Assembly: GCA_946965045.2 (NCBI GenBank)
Contig: OX337228.1
Location: forward strand, 3,658,001 to 3,722,000
Origin: Epithemia pelagica
Taxonomy: Eukaryota; Protista; Bacillariophyta
Length of the DNA: 64,000 nucleotides
Direction: 5' to 3'
In this document: positions 25,321 to 35,382 of the stretch, in pieces
Layout of the letters: each line of letters starts with the position of its first letter
How positions within the stretch are numbered: position 1 is the first letter of the stretch
The notes under the pieces: generated by a model
Databases searched by the model: none
What the model saw: only the letters and a program-made list of their open reading frames with translations
What the model was told of the DNA's origin: nothing
Translations under genes and position numbers: made by a program

Positions 25321-26319
25321 CTAGGATGGATCTGTGCAGTCAACGAAGAAGAGTTTCTCTCCATTGTTGATTGCAAGTTGCGAGACGATGAGGATGACAC
25401 GAAAAGCACGGCCATGGGACGCAATGTCATGCCGCCACGTTTGACGCAGACAACCCCAGTCCTTGAACCGCTTGTTGATGGTTTCTTGTCGGCTTCGGAC
25501 TCGTTGTTGCATTTTTAGATTGTCTGCTGGATTGCTGAATCCAGCTGGGCACTTGACAAACTCAGGATGTTCGCCACGGTAGCCATCATCAGCCTCGACC
25601 CTCTCATTGTGGTCGAGGTGTGACAGAAGACAGTCACGGAAAATTGTGATGTCGTTGTGGCTGCCAGCAACGTAGGGCCCATTCAACCACACGACATCCC
25701 CTGTCAAAATACACAGCCCAATTTCATATCTGAGGGCACTTTTCTTGAATTTGTGGCTGTAGAACTTGCGTCCGTTCTCAGCCACCCGAAAGTCTGTCCC
25801 ATCAACACTAATGAGGCAGTCATTCCCTTTGTCTAGCTTATAGCGGTTTTCCCACACTATCTGTAAAGCATTCTTGGAATGTTAGACAATGAAACAAAAA
25901 CAAACAAAAACGACTGTAGGGAGACTTACCACTTGACTTTCAAGGCGGACAATGGCATCAATGAAGAGCCATGTCCATTTCGAGAACGTGTTCCTGTTGA
26001 CACCACCAGCCAGAGTGCACAATACTCGTTCCTTTGCATACACCCGAAGGAACATGAGTGTCCAAAGAAGATGGGACATTGTTCCTGACACAGGCACCGA
26101 GTCGGACTCCACAAGAGCGCACCACAAATTCAAGCAAACAAGAATGCCACACCCAAAATACTGCCGAAACATCCGCTCCTCACTTTGGACGGTCCCCTTT
26201 TTACGGTGGAACAAAAGGGAATCGTTGCTCCAGATCAACCGGGCATAGTACAAAAAGTCTTCAGGGTTTGGGGCAGACCAGCGTTGCCGCTTGTTCCCCT
26301 CGGCATTCGACGGAGCCAT
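25321..26319 (-). CDS. DDE transposase (HTH_Tnp_4 + DDE_Tnp_4-like), 309 aa, 2 exons (26319-25930, 25860-25321)
   Basis: A 69-bp GTAAGT...TTTACAG intron (25929-25861) with a CTAAC branch point joins the ORFs in frame. HTH-like LLWTLMFLRVY...TFSKWTW. Catalytic triad in ISVDGTD, VEADDGYRG and RSRQETINKRFK; also YSHKF and GSHNDITIF. Confidence 0.88.
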
Positions 26320-26693
26320 GATGGACAGTTTTTGTGAGAAATCTTGAGGACGAGACACGACTTTTAGGTAGAAATCGTACCTTTCACGATTCACGCGAGC
26401 ATCGATTTCTCCTTTCTACTTCTACTAGGGACTACAACTGTGGATTAGGGACCGTTCCCCACCGAAAAATTTGAACGGATCCATGTTGATTTCGTTGATA
26501 GTGTTACATAGGCAGATGACTATTCATTCGTGACCAATATAACACCACTCTCTGGACCTGTCATATTGACTTAGCACGTACATGTCCATTACAGATTAGA
26601 CAAACAACCGATTAAGCGTAAGAAAGCGGTCCGGTCAGTTGGATGGCACGTGTCAATAATTAATTTTGGTCCTGATGTCAGAAATCTGGTCCC

Positions 26694-26899
26694 GATCTCG
26701 GAATTCGGGTCGATCTCGGAATTCGGGCCAGATCTCGGAATTCGGGTCGATCTCGGAATTCGGGCCAGATCTCGGAATTCGGGTTTTTACTCTGAAATAA
26801 AGTATACTTTGGTCGGAATTCGGGTCGATCTCGGAATTCGGGCCAGATCTCGGAATTCGGGTCGATCTCGGAATTCGGGCCAGATCTCGGAATTTGGGC
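26694..26899. repeat. Tandem array of ten GATCTCGGAATTCGGG(TC/CCA) units (18/19 bp alternating) in two blocks of five, separated by a ~27-bp AT-rich spacer
   Basis: Units start at 26694, 26712, 26731, 26749 and 26768. Spacer about 26786-26812. Then a partial unit at 26813 and units at 26827, 26846, 26864 and 26883. Confidence 0.95.
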
Positions 26900-27093
26900 T
26901 TTCCGTTGAACGGACCAATTATGTTTTTTCAGTTACCGCGCCTGCTTGCAATGCCGTGTGACTGCGAGAGGGAAAGTCAACTCGTTTCTGATTGCAAGCA
27001 TGCCAGTCACACAAACACAACGGAGTGCTCAGAAGTAGAACTTCACGTCGTTGTCTCGCAATCTCTTGCCATCATAAATTTTGTCTCAATGAA

Positions 27094-28327
27094 ATGAAAG
27101 TGGTGCTACCGACCGACAGAGTACCTGCTTGGAGTAAGAAAGACGACGCCAAGCTCGCTGAACTCTTTCGCAAGGGTCCAAGCCACGGTGGAATTTCAAG
27201 CAACGACACGTCCGTTAACACTGCGAAGAAAGTCCTTCTCACTCACTTTCCCGAGCGCTGCAAGCCCGACGTCCACAAGGCATACAAGAATTTTGGCCCT
27301 CTCTTTCGCGAAAAAGCCAGAGCCTGGAATATTAACCAGACTTTGACAGGGGCACGGAAAGCCCGAGCTGGTAAACGACGTAAGTGCAAGTGTCCATTGT
27401 TGAAAGTTGCTTCATGATTCTAACTACTTTCTTTCTTTTGTTATAGAATCAGCTGTTGCTGCTGAAGAGCAAAATCGCCTAGAGGTTAACAACCTTGTCG
27501 AGGACGAAGCCGAGGGAGTTGAAGACGGAGACTACAGTGGGGCTGAGGAGGAGGAGGACATCTCCATTGATCTTGAAGAGGCGTCAGTTGAATCTGGTGC
27601 AGCAGAAGAAGAGGTAGAAGACAACAACAGCGAAATCAACAGCTTCAGCATGGAGGAGGCGGTTCAAGCGTTCAAAAAGATGGGCCTCACCCCGGCCAAG
27701 ACACCTAAGAAGGGTGGTGGTGGTGCTGCTTTCAAGGAACTGGTAGTAGCGGCTTCATATCCCTACTGTGCATCTAAGTTTGAGAGTTCTAATACTCTGT
27801 TCTGTTCTGTGGACATGTGTGTCCCAGGAGGGTCCACGAAGACCTACACTCCGGGGCTGGTGGATGATGGCATGGCAGTCCAGGTCGATTCTGTTGTGCC
27901 AAGCTATTTCTTCCAGAAAGGTCGACTGTTGGCGGCGCATCCTGATCTTGGGCAAGAGGACCATAGGGTCACAGAGTTCAAGCAACTCTGTGACCGGGCC
28001 AAACAGGAACATGCAACGTATGAGGGTGGCAAACAAAAGTTTGTAGCGAAGCAGAAAATCAAGTTACCTTTCAAGTGTGTGAAGGAAGATATGCAATACG
28101 AACTACAAGCCTTCACTTTGAAGGACAAAGACTTCACCAAGGAGCACAGGGGTGCTGCCAAGATGTTTGTTTTCTCGATACTCCTCAAGGCCGCCAAGCA
28201 ACCGGAACGAAAGCGTGCAAACCAAGGCACTGCACGGACCATCGCCCCTTACAATGATTCTGATGACTCCGATGTCCAAGATGTGGATGAGGATGAGATG
28301 AGTCATGATGGTGACTACCAGAACTGA
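27094..28327 (+). CDS. Transposon accessory protein (ORF2), 388 aa, Myb/SANT-like N-terminal motif and acidic linker; 2 exons (27094-27379, 27447-28327)
   Basis: A 67-bp GTAAGT...TTATAG intron joins the ORFs in frame. WSKKDDAKLAELF resembles the Myb/SANT W-S/T-x-x-E/D-D-x-x-L helix 1. The gene lies inside the TIRs, as the second gene of Harbinger elements does. Confidence 0.75.
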
Positions 28328-28495
28328 ATTTTGACCTACGAGAATGTCGCCTCCCCTAAATCTTGGTGGAATGATGTTTGGACTAACGACCTAGCCTTTT
28401 GGGACATTGACGAGACCTAGGACGAGAAAGGCTAGCTTACGTAGATAATCGATTAGTAGTGCAATCCGAGATGGAACAAGCTTTTAAGGCAATTT

Positions 28496-29035
28496 CACCA
28501 CGATAACAACACGGACCATGGTGTTGCACAGGTTGTTGTGCACCTATTTGGACTCTTGAAACCTGTCTTCCCAGTCATAGACCTCAAACCAATAGTGTAG
28601 GATGCATCGGCATCACCAAAATTAAAAGGTTAAGGCTATTACGGATCAGACTCATAGGCTCCATGCCTCGTGCCAGATGTACGGAAGCGACGTCTTGCCA
28701 TTTCGAACGAAGCAACTCAAAGGGACTATATGGCTCTTATCTTGCATTGTTTGGACACCTATTGGTACACAATACACATCACAGTAGTAGTTACACAGTG
28801 TATTGATAGCAAAACAGCAACTCTCATGTATTTTCACGCCATCATCGTCTCCTATTGTGCCGTATTACAGCGTCACTGTATTGGTCATTTCCTAGAATGG
28901 CCCGCATGCACTGTGCCCCTCACAATGCACTACCATGGTACCAATATGAAGCATGTGATGGTCGGATCATGATGGGGTGGCCGTAGGAGGTCACCAGCAA
29001 CGACAAAGTTTGATTGTCGTGTTGTTATCGTGGTG
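28496..29035. mobile_element. 540-bp non-coding MITE-like insertion with perfect 18-bp TIRs, nested in the right TIR of the large transposon
   Basis: CACCACGATAACAACACG at 28496-28513 and its exact reverse complement at 29018-29035. Host TIR sequence resumes on both sides. No clear TSD. Confidence 0.75.
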
Positions 29036-29159
29036 GAAGGAATGAGATATACCAGCAGACTGGAGCCAGGAAAAAGGTATGGGGGTGGTTCACAGAAACT
29101 ACAACCTCAAAACCACCCCCGCTGGGGGGTACATCATTCATCGATTCTCTTTACACCAA

Positions 29160-29312
29160 TCCCTCCCAACGAGTATCGAGCTTTCGTACTTCATATTCGT
29201 ACCGAGTACAAGTATTGTACTCGTACAGACAGTTGAGTCACGAGTCACGAGTCTCGTACTCTTACGAGTACAATAGGAGTACTCGTATTGTACTCGTACT
29301 CGTACCTCGTAC
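29160..29312. repeat. CGAGTAC/GTACTCG-rich tract with a 13-bp perfect hairpin; a related tract lies at 24925-24968
   Basis: TACGAGTACAATA (29263-29275) pairs with TATTGTACTCGTA (29286-29298). Many ACGAGTA/TACTCGT words occur on both sides of the transposon. Confidence 0.8.
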
Positions 29313-30020
29313 CTGGCTCGACCTTCTTTGACAAGTTGAAGAAAAATGTCATGAGATTCCCGATAGGTGGCCCGATATAAGCCCCTCGCCCCCATCCCAA
29401 GCCCGCCCCCCCAAGCCCAAGTTCCAAGCAAACCAAAACACCAAGTCAAAGTCCGCCCTACGATCTAGATGATCTATGATCTAAGATCTAGGAGTATGAT
29501 CTGTCCATGATGCTCCGCCTCTGCGGGCCCGATAACCGATAACATACAAGTACCCCATTGATTTAAGGGGGGCAAGGAACAAGCCAAGACACTATATCCG
29601 AACCTTACTGTAGGTCTCCGGCTCATTCACCTAGGGTAGGTCCTAGGAGTTAAGAGACCATGACTTGCATGATGCATATGAAGGCACCATTGCGTCCGAG
29701 TCGATCGTAACAGAAGGCGATTAGTGATCGACTATCTTGTCACTGTCGATACGCATTTCCGCCAATCTCAATAGGAGGGAACGCCACAAAGCCGCAATGA
29801 TGAGAGAGAAACAAGAAACCAACGGCATTACCATTTAACATAGCACATTGTTATTCGAATCATATGTATTAAGTATTCAAAAGTATATCCAATCATCTAC
29901 GGCACATAGATCGGCACGACTCCAATCTTTGTGCTTATCTTAGTCATTCCTGCTTCTTTTTTGGCTCCTGGCCAGGACCAGTTTGTTCCTTCCTCTTCTC
30001 TATCCCAAGTCTGTTTTTGC

Positions 30021-32011
30021 CTAGGTCGACCCACTGGACAATTGCATGTATCCATCCAACAATCCATGACCTCCTTCTCCCATATGTTCTCGTCGTTTGT
30101 AGTAGACGTAGGCACCTCCTGCTGCCCCAGCAGCGACCAACAAAAAGGCAATGGTCCATCCGTGGCCACCCCTTTTCTGGTTCCCTTTTTTGCGCGAATG
30201 TTCGGCGGAATAGGTATACGAGACGCAACGACCAGCTTCCAAACATCCCATGACATTCGCACACGACCCACAGGTTTCGCACACCTCCGGCAAGATCATG
30301 TGGTCCTTGGATTGGTCCGATGACTTGGTGAAGCCTTCTTCCATGGTACTTTCCCAAAATTGCGAACACAGCTCGTCAAACAGGTAGCGCGCCGATGGTT
30401 TTTCGGCATGGAAGCGATTGTTGATGGTCAAAATGGGGATTTCCACCACGCCCGAAGTTTTGTATTTCAGCACCTGTTCTTCCAACAAGGTATTGGAAGC
30501 ATCGCTCTCCATGGATCCCTATAAGAGTAGCAAAACATTCGAGACGACGATAGGGGAAGAAGAACGCAAGGATTGAGTCGCGAGGACAAAAGTCATTTCA
30601 CTCCACTTGTGATTTTGCGGACACGTACCGTTTCTTTCATACACGAGTCAATGACACTCTTGTCCACTTTGGCTTCCTTGAAGGCTCGTTCAATGCACTT
30701 TTCGTCACCGTATTGCGTGGGATCTTGAGTGCAGTGATCCATGTGATAAATGACATAATCCCAATAGGCCGTCTGAATTTGTTCATTCTTTTGTCGCTTT
30801 TTCTTCTTCTTGTCTGGATCGTCACTGTCATTGGCAAAGGCGGGGTAATGACGGTAGATACAGAGTCGGCGCAAGGTTTCCTCCACCACTTGTTTGCCGG
30901 AAATGTCTTCATTGACTCGATTGGCACAATAGCGTCCATGATTGGTACACAAACCATGGCAGGGCGAGACATCCTGGTCATCGGGTGCCGCCTTGTCGTC
31001 ATCATCCGCACCGGAATAGGCGGTGCATCCAAAGAGGGCTCCATCTTGAATCAAGTAGCGGGGTGAAAAATGAATGGAAGGTCCAAAGGCTTTGGCCAAG
31101 GTACGCAAATGTTGATATCCCATGGAATTGAACAAGGGATCATAGGCACTGGTCCACAAGTGATAGTGAGGTTCCAACATGCGCCACAATTTGTCATTGC
31201 CCTTGGCGTCATCATCGTCAAACTCGGGCAAGTCGTGTTCCGTCAAGGGCAATCCCCACGTCAATTCCATCATGACCGTTTGGTTGGTGGGAGCACCATT
31301 GGGTCCCTTGAATACATTGTACAGTGCTTCCGCGGTTTGTCGTCGAAGCAAGACGGTAGGAATGGTAACATCGGAGGCCGATCCATCGTCCACAAGGGGA
31401 GGATCGTCATCGACGCATTGCGCTTGAGGAGTTCCTTCATCTTGCTGCTTGAACTTGTCGACACAATTCTTCTTGTCTTGACAACGGCATTGTTCTTGTC
31501 CCAAAATCAAGGCCGAAGCACCATACGCTTGAGCATTCCGCGCCATGCGTACGGCCGTACACGAAGCAGAGTCGTCCTTGGCCAAGAGGAAAAAGGGATG
31601 GACGAGGCCCGCGGTAATATTGGGATAGGTAGCCTGCACATCGATGGCCGGTACATTGCCACAGAGCGAATGGTCCGTGTAATAGACAAAGCGGGTCATG
31701 GAACCACGAGCCTTGATCAATCCAAAGCGTGCCAATTCGTGACCGACACCGCCATTGACCGAAGCGGCCGTATCGTCATCGTGCAAGGTTTGCACATTGG
31801 CGGGAATGGGAATGGTCACCCGACTTTTAATGGCGGGAGCATACGATTGAGCTCCACCAATCGTCTTGGCGGACGACGACGACGACACAAGGCGAATGTC
31901 TCCTTGCGAAGACACCCAGGCGGCATCCTTGTCAGGGGACGACGACGATGAAGCGTCGCCTGCGACCAGAGAGAATCCGGCAAGGAGCGACGACAAGTAA
32001 AAGATCTTCAT
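30021..32011 (-). CDS. Vacuolar sorting receptor-like PA-domain membrane protein, 2 exons (32011-30629, 30518-30021)
   Basis: Signal peptide MKIFYLSSLLAGF; PA-domain CTAVRMARNAQAYGASALIL and VTIPTVLL; CTNHGRYC; VVEETLRRLCI; IPILTIN; C-terminal TM; cytosolic YMQL (YxxPhi). The intron 30628-30519 is in frame. Confidence 0.8.
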
Positions 32012-32343
32012 GGTTTCCGGCTGTTGCGTCCGAACAAGGAATGAATCAAAAGCAGAGATATACGTTAACAAGGACGGTACGTGTTCCAATCCAAAGGTCT
32101 TTGTCAACACAGGTCAGAGACTTGCGCAACGACGACAATCAGAATCACCTCCTCAAATGAGACGTCGAAAAATAATAAGAATGGCAAACGGATGACGAGC
32201 ACCAAAGGCCACACCTGTCTTGTTGTTCGACACCAACAAACCAAAAAGATGTCGAAACACAATCTACCCAATGAAAACCAACCACAAACAACCCGAAAAT
32301 CTTTTTGTCGTGTGGATTGTCGACAACGAATGAGAGGGGAACG

Positions 32344-32598
32344 GGAATAGTCTATTCTTCCAGCTGCCGCGCCTACCCGCTAGGGTACGGTCGACCGACT
32401 GCCCTGGCGCCATTACTCTCGGAATCATGGAGCGGGGGGACAGCCCGCTTGTGACAAGGGGCCACATAGACGAACCGCTTTTCGGGCCCCACATCTAGCC
32501 CTCCCAACCACCTAATCACAGCGGACTCGAACCCTGGACACCCAGGAACCGAGACCATCATGAGCAAAGGTCCGAACCACTCGACCAAGGCGGCTGGT
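32344..32598 (-). mobile_element. tRNA-derived SINE-like element, 255 bp, 16-bp TSD
   Basis: Minus-strand head GCCGCCTTGGTCGAGTGGTTCGGACC has an A-box TGGTCGAGTGG (32587-32577) and a pairing D-stem. The B-box GGTTCGAGTCC is at 32533-32523. Perfect direct repeat GAATGAGAGGGGAACG at 32328-32343 and 32599-32614. Confidence 0.78.
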
Positions 32599-33200
32599 GA
32601 ATGAGAGGGGAACGTAGAAGGTCTACGAAGGATCCTACGACCAACGCGGTCGCGCAAAGTATGCACCAAGCCGGTGCTTGCGGGATCAACAACGGAAGAG
32701 GTGGGTGTTCCCGGCGACTCCCACAACGCTACTTCTTGAGCTATGGTTATACACATCATCCCTCATCCAAAAGCAGTGTGAATTGATGTGTACACGCGAT
32801 TGTTTGATCCCGCCAGTCAGCAGTCGCGTTTGTGCTGACGTACTGCGCGTGTCCGGCAGGCACCACGTACGCGCTCCTCCCCCCAAAATGATGAGCTCGA
32901 AAGAGAACAGAAAAAGATACGGGAACAAGATCTTTGCTGGGCGAGTATCTTCGGACGAACAATCTCGTCGAGAATGACAGATGCTTCTCTTCGTCTCCAG
33001 ATTGCACTCTAGGTAGGTAGATAGTCATTGATATTGCTGCAACTGCTGCTGTTGTCGTTGTCGGTGTCAATCATCGCACCATCATTGCTACAACAACAAA
33101 TAGCGAGGAAGCAAGAACAAAGCACATAAGGTACAATCCCCAGAACGATACGCCAGAGGTGGATTTTCGTCGTTTCGTCTCCACAACAACAAGAAGCAGA

Positions 33201-33375
33201 ATGCGCCTGGTTCTAGTTCTATTGCTGGGCATCCTCCAATGCCAGCGTTGGTGTGTTGTTGTTGCATGGACCACCACTCCTGTCACAACCAGAACACCAA
33301 CAACAACAACTACCGGCCAGTCGTTCTCTGGCACGACGACGACAAGCCTTTGGGCGAGCCCGGACGACAGTTCCA

Positions 33376-33406
<31 letters not shown>

Positions 33407-35168
33407 CAATGACAATAAAAAGTTGGGCATTGATTTAAGTAGTTATATGGCACCCATGTCCGATCAAGATGCGGCCGAATTGCAAGCGGCCGCCCGGGAG
33501 GTGGTCAATGACGCTGTGGCCGCCGGGTTGGATGATATGGACCGGGTGCGACAAGAAATGAAACAAGAATTGGCCGCTCGACAGGTGGAAATGCAACGAC
33601 AATCGGAACAAACGGCAGAATTGGCCTCACAGGCCCTCCTCGAACGCATTGATGCCTTGACGCAACCCTTGTTGCAAGAAACCCAGGCTTCCAGGGCCGC
33701 CACCAAACTGGCGGCCCAAGCCGATCAAGCCATGACAGGACGAGGAGTCGATATGGGCACCTGGGGAACCCTTGGAGGAGCCACAGTGGTGACTGGAACC
33801 GGCATGACCGATGCAACCACAACCCAATCGACCACATTGTCGTCGTCCTCCTCTTCCTCCTCAACTTCCAAGGACAACAATCGCAGCAATCGGTTGCTCA
33901 TTCTTGCCAATGTTCGCGACGACGATTATGCCAAACAATTGGTCGAACCCTTGTCACAAGCATTGACCGACGTGGTTGCTGGACTGCAAGTGGAGGTTGT
34001 CTCACCGACATCTGTTTCGTGGCCCTTGGGAGGCAATCAAGCCACGGCCGTGCTCGTCTTTTTGACCAGTCTGAACAATGTGGCCACTCTGCAAACTGGA
34101 TTGGAACGTGTGTGGCGATCCACCTTGTTGCCCGCTGGTCAAGGCGTAGTGCCACCTCCGTCGCAATTAATTGCCCTGTCCACCCTCGGTACAAGCCGGA
34201 CCAATCAAATGCCGTATAGTATGCAAAATATGTGGGGTGGAGGCAAATTGGCCCAACGACAACAAATGGAAGAAGTCATTCAAACATGGGTCGAACAAAA
34301 AGTGGAACCACGCCCGTCCTCCAATGTCGATTATACCATTTGCAAATTGGGCAGTGAACTCAAGGCAGCACCATCCAGCAACAACAAAGCACCAGTTTTG
34401 ACCTTGACACCGGACGATGTGTTGGATGGTAGCATGGATGTTGACACGGCCGTGCAAGTCTTGCAACAAGCCATTGCCTTGCAACCTGCGGCTCGCAATG
34501 CCACTCTGGGATGCGTCGGAACCCTTTCGCCCACCATGGATTGGACGCAAGACGATTGGGACGACCTTTTTTTGCCATTGCAGGGACCCGAAGTCTGGAG
34601 AAGTCCCAACTACAATCTGGCGCGACAATCCTTGTCGCCACAGGATGTCTTGGATCAATTGATCGAATACATGTACGAATGGTCTCAACTGGACGATACC
34701 TCCAAGGGATTAACCACACCCATTCGCATTGAATGGACATCTCCTCCTCAACAACAACGGCAACAAGCACTCTTGCCCAATCGACGCATTGTCCAACAAA
34801 CGGGTCTGCAATTCTTGTTTCAACCCACTGCCACGGGTGCGCGATACATGAGTCGCAGTGAAGAAAAACAACGCGAACGAGATTTTTCCAAGAATAATAA
34901 CGATAATAATCAAGGGTCTTCATCATCACCGACTGCTCCCTCGATGCGCCCGGCAGCCAAGGAAGGTGGATTGGAAATATGCATGGAATGGATTCAAACA
35001 AACAACAACAAAGATGATGAGACGACTGATTCCTTGCGGGTTCGAGTCCGTCGATGCAATTATGCACCCGGGGTGATCCTCAAGGAATTGACCGAACAAT
35101 CTCTGGTCTCTCGCATTGAAAAGGCCTTGACCGTTTGGGAACAACAACACTTTGCAACCTCCTCGTAA
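33201..35168 (+). CDS. Probable plastid-targeted protein with an atypical NAD(P)-binding (SDR/TIC62-like) region
   Basis: Signal peptide MRLVLVLLLGIL...VVA-W followed by a Thr-rich transit region. LIALSTLGTSR...E.VI...DYTICKLG...TPDDVLDG resembles an NAD_binding_10-type fold. The ORF track start at 33159 is GTG; the first ATG is 33201. Confidence 0.65.
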
Positions 35169-35382
35169 TTACATCTCCGATGCAAAATACAGAAAAGTCA
35201 ATATGAAGCGCCGTGCGTGACAATGATACCAAACTACTACAAGCCATTTGCAGTCACAATATCAATTTATTAGAATAGTAAAGCCTGTTTTGCAGAAAAT
35301 ATAGTTAATGCTACATCGAATTAATTAATCCATTCTCTCTTCTTGACAGTCACGTTTGCTTCTGTTGTGGGTACTCTGGTTT

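Larger units (their letters stand above)
24979..29131. mobile_element. Two-gene DNA transposon, PHIS (PIF/Harbinger/ISL2EU)-type transposase, long imperfect TIRs, apparent 10-bp TSD
   Basis: Left end TACCCCCCAGCGGGGGTGGCTTATAGGGTGTATTTTCTCTGAGCCACCCCCATACC. Right end reverse-complemented TACCCCCCAGCGGGGGTGGTTTTGAGGTTGTAGTTTCTGTGAACCACCCCCATACC. Similarity continues to about 25089/29032. Direct repeat CATCATTCAT flanks both ends (24969-24978, 29132-29141). Two divergent intact spliced genes lie inside. Confidence 0.9.

Noticed and set aside
26694-26899. CRISPR array
   Set aside because: The units are directly adjacent with no unique spacers, there are no cas genes and the context is eukaryotic. 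It is a tandem minisatellite.
26650-26961. 103-aa ORF with ISEFG/RNSG repeats
   Set aside because: It is only the translation of the DNA tandem array.
24977-29134. Canonical Harbinger 3-bp TWA or piggyBac TTAA target duplication
   Set aside because: With CCCCCC/GGGGGG ends the flanks are TTA vs TAC (3 bp) and ATTA vs TACA (4 bp), and neither matches.
28652-29449. Short ORFs in the nested MITE, TIR and CGAGTAC tract
   Set aside because: They have no ATG context or domain features, and the YEY/RVR patterns come from the DNA repeats.
31070-31951. Long antisense ORFs such as 31070-31951 and 35728-36435
   Set aside because: They are shadows of the VSR and CYP51 coding strands and have no independent motifs.
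32344-32520. Hammerhead ribozyme in the SINE body
   Set aside because: No CTGANGA...GAAA core on either strand by eye. Other ribozyme classes would need a covariance-model search.
32515-32598. Functional tRNA gene on the minus strand
   Set aside because: The A-box, B-box and D-stem are present, but the anticodon stem (TTTGC/GGTCT) and acceptor stem do not pair. The 16-bp flanking duplication points to a SINE head.
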